A stretch of DNA of 64,000 bases from Podarcis liolepis (taxonomy: Eukaryota), in NCBI GenBank assembly GCA_965112155.1, contig OZ218105.1. One strand, 5' to 3'. Of this stretch, positions 12,382 to 26,186 are shown piece by piece. The position numbers were made by a program, and so were the translations under genes. Positions within the stretch are counted from its first letter, which is position 1. Each line of letters starts with the position of its first letter. The notes beneath the pieces are model-generated. The model was given only the letters and a program-made list of their open reading frames with translations, had not been told where the DNA came from and ran no database searches.

Positions 12382-14209
12382 CTATAAAGAAGGACAAAGC
12401 AAGACAAATTAGTGAAAACATAACTGTTATTGTTATAAGAAATATATTGCATGACACTATTAGAAACATTAATTTACCATGGGCTCATGAATGTGAACTG
12501 TTAATAATCAACTTAATAGTGGAATTAGTTATAAAATATTAGTATAAAAGTTATTAACTACACATGTAAAAATACTAATTAGTCATGTTTATTAGAAGAA
12601 CACATTCTAAGTGAAAGTTAATTTTTAGTACATGACAGACAGTAGTAATTACAGATTCCCATCCCTACCCCTACTGCTGTTCTTATGAAAACATAATATT
12701 TATGCCACCAAAAACATTTTTATAATAATTTTGCTACTTGCATTATCAACTGATGTCTTTCACCACAAACGTATATGCTACAAAACACTGACGCAAGGAC
12801 TAAAATCAACAATTCCTGAACAGAAGACACCAGAAAAGATCAACATAAACAGAAAATCTTGACACAATTTTTAGATTCCAAATACAGAACTTATTTGCAA
12901 CACATAAACAGATTGACATCTATGGTAGAACAAAGAATACATTGACCTTGTTCACAAATGACACTGGGCCAAACTAGGTCTCAGTGCAAACCTCTCTGTC
13001 TTTTTAGTTAGCATGACAGCTAAGTTAAAAGTTTTTTTGGGCTACAGACCATGGTGAAGGAGAGAGTTTAAATACAATCCTGAGTTTGATGACACCGTAA
13101 TTCAAACATTTCTGTGCCGAGCTAAAAGGACTGGGGAGGAGCAACGTGAGTGCAAGCTCCTCTCTGGGAGCCAGCATGTTCACATACGCCTGCTAAGCTA
13201 CAGTTTGGCTTACATGGCATATAAACCAGACACTATCTAGTCTCTGAAGTTCATGTGGAAACCTATTTTTGCATCTAGAGCTCATGAATATAAACAAATG
13301 AATATGAGTCAACATAAAACTTTGGTAAAACCCGTACTTTCTGTATATGACAGCATTGCATGGGAGCTACTTGAGGTGGTATGCTTTTGAAAAAAATGTT
13401 TTGGCTCATTTATGTACAATCCTTGTAAAGAATGAAGTTGCAATCTTGGATTGTGACACCATGCATGTAGACACCACATTGTATGGCAGACGGATTCAGA
13501 CAGCTCAATATACTATGTGAGTCTAGATGAAAAATCTGATATATAACTCATGGCTATTATTATTGACAGATAGTTGCATCATTGTGAAAGAACTTAATAA
13601 TTGTGACATTATGTTTCTATGTGTACATAGCAGCACTCTGAAAAAAGGAAACCCACAAGAATATAACATTAAATCAGATTCACTTCTATTGCCTTAATCC
13701 AGAGGAACTAAAGGGACACCAAGATGCTTCACTCTGAATCAGGATATGCATGCATGAATCAAGTTGCCGGATGCTGGTGCAGCTAAATACTTACCTTTCT
13801 CTACCTACGATATAAATTTCTTTTGATTACCTCATGACCCCCCCCCATGTGACTCTTACAATGAATAAAAAATTACTTGTTGGGACAACATCACTATATA
13901 TAAAACACAGTTTTTATTACAATAAATAGATTGTTGATTTCCAAAACAGAAAAGCTTCTAAGCAATATCAAGCAATGCCTGTGGAAAGATGTTTTATTCA
14001 CTTGTCTCCAATGCAACATCAGAAAAATAGAGTTCAGGATATGAAGCTTTATTTTTTTAAAAAAAACATGCTACAGGTGCAAGTGAATGAAAATCCATCT
14101 CCAGTATCATTCTTACATTGCAGAAATGTGACAACAGTATAAGCAAGCAAGTTCAAATTAGCATGTTCATACCTTTGTAGGAGGCACAGCATATGCAAAA
14201 ACACAGTAC

Positions 14210-14313
14210 CTGGAATGCAGATCTTTTTGGAGCTTCTTCCTCCTCTTCTTTTTCTTCATCTTCCTCTTCTTCACTGTCCGTCTCAAACAAATAATAATCT
14301 CCACTTCTGACCA
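14210..14313 (-). CDS. PIEZO2: PIEZO2 exon ~34, latch region (VRSGDYYLFETDSEE...RSAFQ)
   Basis: TAG acceptor, CAG|GTACTG donor. Confidence 0.94.
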
Positions 14314-17222
14314 CTAAGCAAAATAAAATATTTGGTTGTTTTTTTTATTTCTTGCAGGAGGCCGGGAGATCCCTCATTAGCTCTATCCCGAGCCACCACA
14401 AAAATACATGAAAGCATTCTGTGATTGTGGGACTCAATGAAGGACAGGTAGAAGTGGAGAGAAAGAAAGAGATAAAGAGAATTTGTGGCAGGAAAATCAT
14501 TTGGTGTTTGCAGGCACGAAAAAAAAGAAAAAGTGTACATTTTCACAGGGAAAATATAAAAAAACATTGTAAGAAGAAACTGGACAGATAGAATGCAAAA
14601 AGAGTTGGCAAGGTATTACTAAAAATGTGCAGTATTATTCTTAAAAAGAAAAAAAAAGTTTCCATTTTGCCAGTTTGAGAAATCCTAATTCTATTGGGTA
14701 TCCAGGGAGTAAGCTAAATTTAAAATTGTATCACTGGAGGAAAATCAAAATCAAAATATAATGCTGTTAAAAGTGTTCAGGCATCCCATAGCATTTGCTT
14801 TTCTTTTACTATATTCTTCAAGTTTAAACAGAGAAAATAGAAACAGCACGGATGAATGATCATAACTACACATTGATTTTTCCTTGTGGATTTAAAACAG
14901 TTCAGAGGCCTCCATATGTTCAAGATGTGATGTGAATGAACTGGGCCTTATATCCTTGAACAGAAGCACAGTTTTTAAAAACTTCAAATAAGCTAACAGG
15001 CCTAACTTGATCAAACAAGAGAAACAAAGGACATGAAAAGAAAAATAATAAGCAAGATAAAATAAAAGCCAGCATTACATTTGCCAGAGAAGGATATTAA
15101 CATAATATCTGTAAATAAATTAAAAGCCCTTAGTATAGTTATAATAATAAACTTACCTAGCAATAGATAGAATTAAATTCAGCAATTCATTTTACCCTCA
15201 TTATATAACATTCTTGTTCAATCATACCTGACCCTCTGTTTTATCTCAATTATATACTGAAGCCATTTTCATATTAGCACTTTATCTTAAGGCAGGAGTA
15301 AAGGGAGAGTTATAAATTCTCCCCTATCTTACCTACACTGGAGAAAAGTTACAGGATGGAAGGTCATATTACTTGCCACTATTTGAGATGAACCACAGGC
15401 ACCAACTTTCCCATTAGGGGAAAAGGTGGAGTATAAATAATGATGATTAAAAAAATAAGTTTTAAAGCTAATAGTGACACTCTCCACTTGCTCTGGTATA
15501 AGCACTAATGGCAAAAAACCCATTAAAATACCTTATTAGTAGTAGTAGTAAACTGCCCTTCATCTGTAGATCTCAGGCCAGTTCACAACATACAAATTTA
15601 TTATTTAATATAATCTCTCACAGAATAGTGTCTCCCAGGACAGAGTTACTTTATACTGGGGGAAAGCAATGCAGATCAATGCTTTTTCTTGGGTGTTTTC
15701 AAAACAGCAGGCCCTGGCATTACCACTAGTGAACCCTATATAACATTTAATTGCTGAGATATGAAGGGCATGCGGCATGATTAAACTGCAATAATGCACC
15801 CTTGCAGGTATGAATTAGAATGGTGGTGAAGTAATGAACCAATTGAAAACAGTAGCCGTTTTTTCAAGAGGATCAGACCTCTCCACCCACAGCCCACACT
15901 TCCTCCAGAAGAAAGTTAACAATTCTTCACATCAGTTTAATGGATTAATCAGAATGGTGGAAGCACAATGAGGAGGAAAGCACAATATTATTTTCTTCTC
16001 ACCACACTGATTTTTGCTGTTATTTTAGAAACTATCAGGTAGAGACAACTGTGTGAGAAAGCATGTTTCAAGCCCCATGCCTTCCTTGGAAGAAGTGAAG
16101 CCCTGAGGTACAGAAGTAAAAGATAGTGATGCAGATAAAACACATTTTAGATGTCAGTGTGATGCTACAGGACACTTTGAATACTATATTACAACACTGA
16201 GCTATAAAAAGTACATGGCTCATTCAACTACACAAGCTACTGTCCTGAAACTGAACTATTGTTTTAGAAAGACAGAGCTGGTGGATAGCAAACATTTTCA
16301 GGGCTTGGCTGTATGGTGCTGTTCACAACATGTGCGTGCATTATTGCAATAGGTACTGTGCATCTATTTCCTAAAACATATAATGAGAGTAAAATGAGTA
16401 GGCAATACTGAATTAGAATTGGAATAATTTAACAAAAGTTGCATGGCTACAGGTCTGTCTCACACAGTGGATTATTGCAGAAAACAGAAAACTGTTTTCT
16501 ACCTCAACTGATCCACTGCAAAAGATAACCTGGGAGCCTGCTAGTCTCCGAGTCATTCTCACCACGTTAATTTCAACAATTATTCTGTAGCATCAAAACT
16601 AATTAGAATTAACAGAGACCATATCCAGGTCCATTCTGAACAGCTATACCCTCAAAACACATTATTTGCAATGATGTCCTCTGAAAACAAAAGAAATTTG
16701 TCTTCAGTAATAATTAATTTCCCTTCAGCAACTTTGAAAAAAGGATAGGTCTCTACATTTTCATCCTGCCCTTTGTAAACAGAAATATTTAACTTTATAT
16801 CTATAGGCACAGTTTACTTGTGACTTGACAGAAATCAACATTCAAAATCTGGATAGCTGGATAGATACACATATGCATAGATACACAAATAGATACTACA
16901 GTTACACAGATGCATAGATATGCACACATAGAAACTACATATATGGCTGGAAGGGCAAAATGTATTTTAAAGCTGGGTTGAAAGACAGAAAACCATATAT
17001 ATGTTTTGGACATTTTAACTTTGTATTTCAACCAATTCCATTAAAATATATAGCACTTAGCAACACTTAAACTACTTATCTTGTGTGCCATTGCATTCAT
17101 ATAACTATCAAGTCACAATGATAAAACCATGCATAAAACAAACAGGTCTCGGGAATGCCTTCATTCTGGTCAAGGATATAAGGGTTAAATTCATGTATTT
17201 TAAAAATTATTGAAAAACCTAC

Positions 17223-17294
17223 TAGAAGCATGATCAACCCAAGGCCGCCACCACTGCTTTTTTTTGCCCTTGGCTTTCTCTTTGTCTGCTTCTC
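17223..17294 (-). CDS. PIEZO2: PIEZO2 cassette exon ~33 (EADKEKAKGKKKQWWRPWVDHAS), 72 nt
   Basis: TAG acceptor, GTAGGT donor, phase 1-1. Confidence 0.93.
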
Positions 17295-17700
17295 CTAAAA
17301 TGAAATATGTCCAAAAATTAATTTTAGAAAGTGAGACACACATTACTACTTATATTTTCTCTTTCTAGTAGCTCCACACTTTGTAAGAATTGATCCAATT
17401 CTAATAAACTCAAGAAAAACACCAGGCATTTGTTTATTGTTGGTAATTAGCTGATCAATAGCACATGGTCATTTTTATATGCTGTTAAACTAGAATTTTA
17501 CTTCAAATTAGAAGAAATTCAGGGAATACTAACTCCCCCTCCCCCCAAGGCTTTTCACATTTCACATTCAGAAACATGGCTGCCTTTTTTGTTTTTAAAA
17601 TAAGAGACACAGTACTTTGTTGTGCAGTAAACCCCCCGCTAAAAAAAATACTGATACAAGATACTTGAATAGATTTCACAGATTTAAGACTTTCAGCAGG

Positions 17701-17701
<1 letters not shown>

Positions 17702-17733
<32 letters not shown>
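17702..17733. repeat. (TG)n microsatellite
   Basis: Seen directly. Confidence 0.95.
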
Positions 17734-17736
<3 letters not shown>

Positions 17737-18535
17737 CCCATAAAGGCTTTGAGGAGACACTGTGAAGTATCACTGTGTGAACTCTGGGCAAAGAGAAAAA
17801 CACACACACTGACAATGGATTATATCTAAGTAAGTTCTATTCAGAGTAGAACCATTTATAAATTAATGGACCTAAATTAGTCAGGCCCATTGATGTAATT
17901 GGTTGGACAATGAGTACAACTAAATTGGATGTAACCCAATTTATTGGAGGGAAATTGGAGAGAAATTGTGTCATCAGTGGGAGTGGGGAGAAAATTTAGT
18001 TTTTTTAAAAAAATCAGTATTTGATAGCTACTTAATATGAAATATGAATTCAAATGTAAATCTGCAATGAATTACATTTTATTACATATAAACTGAAATA
18101 TAAGGGTGATTGAAAACAGTAGCAACCATTTTTTCCGGAATTCCAAAAATATAATTCATTCATTTTGAATTTGTTTGTATACTGTACTTTAGTACTCTAA
18201 TCCAAAATCCTGGATTGTCTCATATTTATTTCAGTGAAAGGGACAATCATGTGACTGCAGATCTCAGGTTGTTCTTCCACTAAAGTAAATGGGAAGGGTT
18301 AGTGAGCTGCATTTGTGCCCTAAGACATCAATCCTATGCATAGATATTTTTGGAATAAGTCCCATTGAACACAGTGAGATTTACTTCTGCATAAATATGC
18401 ATAAGATCAGGCTGTGATCAGGCCCTTTCTTTGAATGGCTGGATTGCATATAATAGTTCCCTACACACATTCTTGTTGATATTGCCAAGGTCCAAGCAAT
18501 TAATACCAACACTGGATATATTGAAGGAATAGTAC

Positions 18536-18657
18536 CATCATCATCTTCTTCAGGAGCCTTTTCAATTGCTTGTCCATCTGAGGTTTCTTGGTTCATGCTC
18601 AACACCCTTTCTTTACCCTTTTTATATTTTTGTTGCCTGGCCTTGATACGATCCATT
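18536..18657 (-). CDS. PIEZO2: PIEZO2 exon ~32 (MDRIKARQQKYKK...EEDDD)
   Basis: CAG acceptor, GTACTA donor. Confidence 0.92.
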
Positions 18658-20139
18658 CTGAAAAAGCAAATTTTACATTGTCAGAGTCACAGAACAATCT
18701 TTGTGCATATGCAGTGCAAATGCTTTCAAAACCATCACAATGTATTATTACTGCATTATTCCCCACCCCAATCCTTGTCACAAAGGCTAGTTATATAGAG
18801 AGGCCATGTATCATTGTATACAATGGGGTTGTGTATGCCGGGACTGTTCTTTAAACCATGCCACCTCCTAGTTCTTTATACTGATAATCTGCATATCAAC
18901 ACTAAATTTTATTATGAAAAGAAGAGTGGGGTTGGTCTCCCTAAACAATAAGCAGAACAAACATACCTTATGCCCATACGTTCCCTAGAAACTATATTCA
19001 TTGCAACAATACGCAATTAATTTTTCATTAACTAACTAGTTTGTTCTTGTTATTTACCTTAAACAATCCCCCTACACACTGTTTTCCTCTACTGATCCAT
19101 TTCTTTTTTCTCCTGTGCCACCCACATTTCCAGAGCAAGAGCAAAACCAAAACTAATCTTCCAAAACTCTTATCTTGTATAATTTTCTCAGCTTGTGTAA
19201 TTTACTCTGGACAGCAAAATGGATTTTTAATTGCAGCAAACACACACATTTGCATCACATACGCAAAAGGCACAGTGCCTCTTATTTATGCTCCTGAGAG
19301 ATGGGTGATCTAGTTGCCCAGGCCCTTTGGCTTGTCATGGGGAGCGAAGTAGAATCAATCCTGGAGAAGAGACCAATTCCATGGATCATGCAAGGCCTTC
19401 CCCTTGGAAGGGGTGAAGGGTTGTGCATTAGTTGGGGTAAGTAAACTAATGAGCACATAAAGACATCTTTAAGGGCTAAACTATAGCCATATTCAGGCTT
19501 TGGATACCAGTAAATGCTGAATCCATGAAGGAGTTAGCAAGATGAAGTAGGTTAGTTATGCCCCCTAGACATGGGTATGTGCACTGACCACACCCAACAC
19601 AACTTGTGCACCTATATGTGATGTAAAATCCAGTAGTTTCTTTCCTGAAGTCAATAACACTTTTAAGGGAAGGGGAAATCTTATCAGGACCAGGACATAA
19701 AGACCTACTGTGATCTGAATTGGGCTTCCCCCATTACTCCTACTTTTAAGAAAAAGAAAAGAGATGAAGTATGTTCTAACCATTCATTTACACAACATAA
19801 TTTGGCCCTAAAATGTTAAAGATACTGTCGCAAGTCAGATGCAATGTTCCCAGTTTCCAAATCATAGTTTAGCAAGCCAGGAATGAGCACTGAGCTTATC
19901 AACTTCCTTCCTTGCATTCTTCCTTGTCTACCACCTAAATGTGCTTAGTTTCTTGAAATGGGGAGCTGTGAGTTAGTTTACTAACTAGCAGTTTAAACCA
20001 CATTCTAAGGACATAGATGCCTACGGTGTAAATCTAAAGTACATTTTATAAGGTTAGTGAAGTGGTACTATACTCTAACCAACTAATCTAGTAGCAAATT
20101 CACTAGAGTTAATAGTTAATCCCTCATAAAAGCGAAATG

Positions 20140-20197
20140 GCATTGCAGGGGGTTGGACTAGATGACCCCTGGGTCCTTTCCAACTCTAAGATTCTAA
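20140..20197 (+). mobile_element. CR1/SINE 3' end fragment
   Basis: GGGTTGGACTAGATGACC...TTCCAACTCTAAGATTCTA; same tail as the 27139 element. Confidence 0.65.
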
Positions 20198-20215
20198 GAA
20201 GAAAGAAAGGCATAC

Positions 20216-20305
20216 TGTCTTTTCAGCTGATCCATTGATTTTTTCTCTTCCTCAATTCTTGCCTTTACAGCTTTCACAATTGTGGCCTGGAAAAGTTCAG
20301 CACCT
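20216..20305 (-). CDS. PIEZO2: PIEZO2 exon ~31, beam helix (GAELFQATIVKAVKARIEEEKKSMDQLKR)
   Basis: CAG acceptor, GTATGC donor. Confidence 0.94.
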
Positions 20306-20814
20306 CTGTAAAAAAGAAAACAATTCACCAGTTCCCCAAATGTGGGTCAAAGCAATGCAACACAAAACAAAACAAAACATGTATATAGCAGGTGTGTTCA
20401 CATGTCATAGTTCAGTATGTCGTGCATGAGCTGTAGGGAGCCTCACAGCCCTCCCTTCCCCTATCCTCTTTCTTGCACGCATGCTGAGAGGAAGCATTCA
20501 GAAGTTTTTTTTTGCTTTTGGCTAACTTCAGTTTATCATGTGTCTGAAGTAGCAATCAGAGGTTAACTAACTACAGTATAGTTAACTTTTTTAAAAAAGC
20601 CAACTTCTTATAGCCAAATGAACTGTAATTAATTATGAAAACCCCATGGTTTCTGAAAGTGTTTTTTAAAAAAACAACAACAAAACCTAATCATAGTTAT
20701 TGTTAACCACAATTCTGGATCCAGACAAGTTGACTTAAAATAGAAGCAAAAGCTTCTGAACTCCTTCTCTTGGCTACAAGGGAGAAGAGCAAGGGGTGGT
20801 GGGGAGCACTCAAG

Positions 20815-21040
20815 TACAGCCATACCTTGGAAATCAAACAGAATCCGTTCCAGCAGTCCATTAGACTTCCAAGACATTCGAAAACCAAATCACGGCTTCT
20901 GGTTGGCTGCAGGAAGATCCTGCAGCCAACCAGAAGTCATGGAAGCCCTCTCGGATGTTTGGGTTCCAAAAGAATGTTCGCAAACCGGAACAATCACTTC
21001 TGGGTTTCTGGCATTTGGGAGCCAAAAAGTCCGAGTTCCA
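20815..21040. mobile_element. Tc1/mariner (Tigger-like) MITE, right end truncated
   Basis: TA|CAGCCATACCTTGG start; internal perfect 19-bp hairpin at 20896-20936. Confidence 0.6.
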
Positions 21041-21170
21041 TTTATGCATGCACAATTATTTTCACTGCTTTCTAGTAAGATGCAGGCCAGACAGCTTGCC
21101 CCAGAATGTAGCTAGAGTTGCTATAGTATATGGATCTATATAAAGATTTAAACAAAATGCTTCAGTTTAC

Positions 21171-21333
21171 CTTGATGCCAGAATCTGTGAAGCTTTAATA
21201 TCTGCAACCACATGAAGGAAGTAGTAACTCATGAAGACTCTTCTTTGCAGCAGGAGAAAGGCAAAACAAATGCTATCCCAAATGATTCCTGCCTCCCCAC
21301 TGGGTAGTTTGCAGTCTGGATTTTTATCTAAAG
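21171..21333 (-). CDS. PIEZO2: PIEZO2 exon ~30 (LDKNPDCKLPSGEAGIIWDS...QILAS)
   Basis: CAG acceptor (a second in-frame TAG lies 6 nt inside), AAG|GTAAAC donor. Confidence 0.9.
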
Positions 21334-22361
21334 CTGATGAGAGTAAACAAAATTCCTGAATAGTAAGCAGTATTGTATTATATTCTGCAATATTTGTTCT
21401 TAAAAGGTTAAAGGGTGCAAAATGGTCAAAGAAAACTTGGGCTTGATTTCTTCCCTTCTCCAGGTTTCCCCATGTGAGGTGTAGCAGATGGTTATTGGGT
21501 AAAAAGTCTTTGGGGCTATAGAGAGGCTAGCCTGGCACCCACTCAGTTTTCAGAACTAAGTAATGACTTTTAAAAAAATGTCCCAGGCCTTTTAAACTCT
21601 TAGGGCTGCATCCAATGATAGTCCTAATCAGAGTAGACCCACTGAAGTTAATGAATATGACTAATTTAGCTTCATTAATTTCAGTGTATCAACTACTCTG
21701 AGTAGAACTTAGTTGGATATACAACACTTAATATTTTCATTCTAAAATTTGTATAATTTATTTATTGGAGTCACTGAGTAGCAGTTATAGTGATGTTGTT
21801 ACCTGTATAATATGTTATTGTTTTATTAATATTGTAAACCACCTAGAAAACTATCATTTATTATGTGTTGCAAAATTTATATGCTACCCAATAAGTATAT
21901 TACACAGAGGTGTGTAGGAAGAAGGGAATTTTATTATTAATGTGCTCCTACATTTAAAACCCTTTAGGTTTCAAGGCATTTGTGGCTAAAATACTTATTT
22001 TTCTGCTTTATTCCTCACCAGTTCATGTACACACTGATATTTATGAGACCAGCAGCCATGTATGGTGGCTGTAAGACTAGCAACTCTAGTTGTACTGAAT
22101 TGATTGGTATTTTGTGAAAGGAACAACAACATGCAAAGCTAAAAGTGTTATGCAGCAATCAAAACAAGACTCAGGAAGAAAGAATGAAATGTAGAATGCC
22201 ACCTGAGATGCCACAGGAATAATGGGGAGTACAGACAGTTGCTAAAACAAGTAGGGAATCTAGCGATCTGACCCTAGCAAACATCAACACCACATATTGG
22301 CTTTGGTACAATCTTCTGCTTCATGAGTACTACTACCAAAAAATACAATGAACTATAGCCA

Positions 22362-22528
22362 TCTTATTGTAAGTGGAGAAGATCACTATTAATTTTTATA
22401 ATGAATGATTTTAGAATGTTGTTTATGTTGTACTTTTGTACTGTTTTATTGTTGTTAGCCGCCCTGAGCCCGGCTTCGGTTGGGGAGGGCGGGATATAAA
22501 TAAAATTTATTATTATTATTATTATTGT
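22362..22528 (+). mobile_element. LINE (L2-like) 3' end with (ATT)n tail
   Basis: AGCCGCCCTGAGCCC...GGGAGGGCGGGATATAAATAAA stem-loop followed by ATT repeats. Confidence 0.65.
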
Positions 22529-22813
22529 GATATATACTACCATTGTGCTATCTTTTAAGAAAAAAGGCATTTCCCATCAAATGTTTCTCATTATAGTTTT
22601 CAAAAAACTCCAATTCTATCCATTTTAATTTAAGAAGTTGAATTATATCTATGCTTAATTAATATATTCAGATATTCATTTCTCAGCATCAAAACAACAA
22701 AGGAAAAACAAAATAAATGGCAACTGCTTTTGAAATAATAGCTACTTAAAAGCTATTTAAGTTTCAGTAAGTTTTTAAGATTATTGCAAAGGAATTTAGA
22801 TGTCTATACTTAC

Positions 22814-22910
22814 GAATTTTGTAACCCTTAACTGTACAGGCCAGGCTAAATGTTTGAATCACCCAACAACTGTTCTGAATTAATGACTCGATGTAGCCAC
22901 ATGCGCCTAT
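22814..22910 (-). CDS. PIEZO2: PIEZO2 exon ~29 (IGACGYI...LACTVKGYKI)
   Basis: CAG acceptor, GTAAGT donor. Confidence 0.93.
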
Positions 22911-23109
22911 CTGCAATACATCGATGGATATATTAAATCTCAGGATGACAAAACAAAAACAATGTTACAATTAAAGTGAAAGTCCATTAGTCTAGCCCAC
23001 TGCTCGATTGCTCAATGTAAAGCTAAAGAAAGTGCCTCCCCCACCCCACCCCACCCCACCAAAAAGGAGATTGAATGACATTTCCCCAAGGATGGTCTCC
23101 CTTGAAAAG

Positions 23110-23357
23110 CAGCTCCTGCCCACCTAGCAGTTCGAAAGCACGTCAAGTGCAAGTAGATAAATAGGTACCAATATGGCGGGAAGGTAAACGGCGTTTCCGT
23201 GTGCTGCTCTGGTTCACCAGAAGTGGCTTAGTGGCCACATGACCTGGAAGCTGTCTGCGGACAAACGCTGGCTCCCTCGGCCTATAGAGCGAGATGAGTG
23301 CCGCAACCCCAGAGTCATCCACGACTGGACCTAACGGTCAGGGGGTACCTTTACCTA
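23110..23357 (+). mobile_element. Sauria SINE, 5'-truncated
   Basis: ACCTAGCAGTTCGAAAGCAC...GCAAGTAGATAAATAGGTACC core and ACCTTTACCT tail. Confidence 0.85.
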
Positions 23358-23826
23358 TAACTGTTTTACTAGGGTTTTCCACTGCAATAGTTTATCACTT
23401 CTTTTTTCTCTGATATAAAGGTATGATAAAATAAGATTTTTAAAAAAATAATCAAACTTCACTCCATGGTCCATTCTACAAGCTTTCCCTTCTCTCTTTT
23501 GCATGAAATAGTGCCCACTGAAGGCACATACAATGCATAGCTGACCTCTACTATCTTGTATGGTAAGTATCTGGGAGCAAGTGGGATCCTTGCAACAAAA
23601 TGCTGCAGTGCATCAACAGCCCCTAATAAGAGCTGTTCTGGCTGTGGCAAATAAGAACAGTGTTTATAGCAGTATTTATAACAATATCTAAATACTGAAT
23701 ACATTTCTTTGATTTGATTCCCCCCCACACATTTCGCCCATTGAAACCACAAAGGGCTAGAAAAACAGTGCCTCCAATCCAGAGGTAAATATTAATATGC
23801 TTTGGACTTAATAATGAGACACTTAC

Positions 23827-24070
23827 CGACAATATGTTTTTCATTGTAATCACAAAGACATTATATGCTATCAGCCAATCCCAATAGCGAAGAATGCTTC
23901 TGATAGGCTTGAGTAGCAAATCTCCTCCAAAGAGCAGGAAATAGAAACAAGCTACCAAGTAGCCCATGCAAAATATACTGATCCGAGTGGTTCCTGTTAT
24001 GAAGATGATGGTTAGGACAAACCAGAAGAGGTAACTGAATGTTATCACTTTACCCATATCTAGGTAAGAT
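23827..24070 (-). CDS. PIEZO2: PIEZO2 exon ~28 (SYLDMGKV...TMKNILS)
   Basis: CAG acceptor, GTAAGT donor; GTTRISIFCMGYL motif. Confidence 0.95.
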
Positions 24071-24138
24071 CTGCAACAAGAGAATACAGGAGTGGAAAAT
24101 GTTAAGCATCTATTTGTTCCATTCATAGGGTTTGTGCG

Positions 24139-24142
<4 letters not shown>

Positions 24143-24173
<31 letters not shown>
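24143..24173. repeat. (TG)n microsatellite
   Basis: Seen directly. Confidence 0.95.
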
Positions 24174-24185
<12 letters not shown>

Positions 24186-24654
24186 ACAAACGAGCTACTT
24201 GCTCTTGTCAACTGTTTGGCATGCCTTTCATTTTGCTGAAATGACTACCTGTGTGGGTAAAGAAATTCGGCATCATACTATGGTGGCAAATCTTGACTGG
24301 CCCTGGATCCTAACTGCCCATTGCCCAAAGTCTGCTCACAGGATGCTCCCACTGGAGGAAAGTGTGGGGGCAGGGAGAGTAGATTTTTTTGCCACTGCAG
24401 CCCCTGTCCTCCCTAAAAATCAGGAACAGCATGGGAGGTGGTGCTAGGCTGCAGAAGGAAGGGAAATCATTGAAAATTGCCTGCCTCACTTTCACCAGCT
24501 GAAGCCTCCCCTTGATCAGAGTCCTTTCTCCAAGCAAAAGGAGCCCTCCTATTTGTGGAAGGAAAACTAAGTATTTATTTCACAAGATCTATATACTGCT
24601 TGACTGCAATAAAACCTCAAAGCAGTTAAAAGTACTCAAGTCACTGTCTTTACG

Positions 24655-24848
24655 GAAACACAGGAATCTGCCTTATACTGAGTCAGATGAATTGCTTCAC
24701 ATAACTCAGTATCGTCTACATTGACAGGCTGATGCTCTCTAGGGTTGCAATTGGACGGTATTCCCAGCCCTACTTACGAGATGCTTGGGAACAGAATCTG
24801 AGACCTTCTGCATACAAAGAAATATTCTACTACTGAGCTACAGCCCTT
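24655..24848 (-). mobile_element. Degenerate tRNA-derived squamate SINE
   Basis: Minus-strand GGGCTGTAGCTCAGTAGTAG A-box head; 3' part with TCTGACTCAGTATAAGGCAG. Confidence 0.65.
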
Positions 24849-25603
24849 TAAAAAATTTCCATGGATAACACAACTCTTTTCCTTTTATCATAACTCATTA
24901 AAGCTTATTAGTAAAAAATGGTAAGTCTTTCCATGAGCATCATTATAATCAATGTGTTTCTGCACAGCTTTTATTTTGGAGCCAAGTGGCAAAAGAACAG
25001 ACGTATACCTTATACGAGTTCCCAAATGGCACAGTATAATTTATCAATAAATTGATGATTCAGTGACACTAATGCAGGAACTCTGGCTCTTGTCATTTCC
25101 TCTGGTTTCTTCGTCTATGAGAATATCATGTGTACTATACACTATCTAGTTTTGTTTAGAAAGCAGCAAAATCAAAATGCAACCAATCCCATACAATAGG
25201 CTTGTCATTCATATGTAATGTGTTTGTGTGTGCTTCTCTCCAAAGACCTATAAACTTAATATATTCATTTCTCCTTCAAGATATAATGCAACACTGTGTG
25301 ACCTGCTTCTAGTCCTTGATTGCTTCAGCACCAGCTAATGTACAGTGCAAATTTTCCACTGCTCATGCTGACCTACATGGCTGCTGCAATGTACACCAAC
25401 TTTTTATGTTGGGTAATAATGATATGAGAAAACATATTACGTGTCTGATTCCATCAGTATTGCTCTGCAATTTTGAACAGCATAATTCAGTAGTCATAAA
25501 AAGAAAAGAGCACCTGTTGTCTGAATGTCTGGGAAGAGGACAAATGAACCAGATCTTTAGAAAGATGTATGACCTTTAGAAATATTCAAGATCCAGTTCT
25601 TAC

Positions 25604-25769
25604 CGACAATGGATGAAATCAGGGACAGGGTTGTGTTGGCTAAATGATGCTGCCTCAAGGTTCATGCAAATCTCCACGTTGTCTCCAGCCATGATACGTA
25701 CAGCAGCCTTGTTCTCATCTTCAAATGTTTGCCTTTGTAAGGATGCACATAGCAGCAACATGAAATCAT
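25604..25769 (-). CDS. PIEZO2: PIEZO2 exon ~27 (DFMLLLCASLQRQ...PVPDFIHC)
   Basis: CAG acceptor, GTAAGA donor. Confidence 0.94.
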
Positions 25770-26084
25770 CTGGCAGGAATTAGACACTCAAATTAAAGCC
25801 AAGCCAATAACTTCGGTTAGACATACCCTTATTATGATAACAAAGATAAGGACTACAAACAACTAATTAAATAGGGCAGCAGCACACACACTCACATAAA
25901 CACACATACAGGAAGGAAAACCATGAAAATACGAGCCATGTAGACCTATGTCATGTTCTCCAACTTTGACTACTGAATTCAGGTTCCACACAGGTGTTGT
26001 TAACTCAACTGGTCCTCTTTAGCAGGGTTCCCAGGAAAGAGACAAGAGGACAAGCTACTATTAGGAATGCACTAGAACACTTAC

Positions 26085-26186
26085 AGACAAGAAAGACTGG
26101 ATTGGGTTCCTTAATAAAATCTGGAAAGTATAGCCATTTGATGATATTAGAGTTGAAGTTGGCATTAGGATGTCTCCATGGATAAT
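26085..26186 (-). CDS. PIEZO2: PIEZO2 exon ~26 (YPWR...IIKWLYFPDFIKEPNPVFLV)
   Basis: TAG acceptor, GTAAGT donor. Confidence 0.93.

Noticed and set aside
14165-14209. Second donor AAG|GTATGA downstream of exon 34
   Set aside because: The 37-nt extension would frameshift, and there is no other support.
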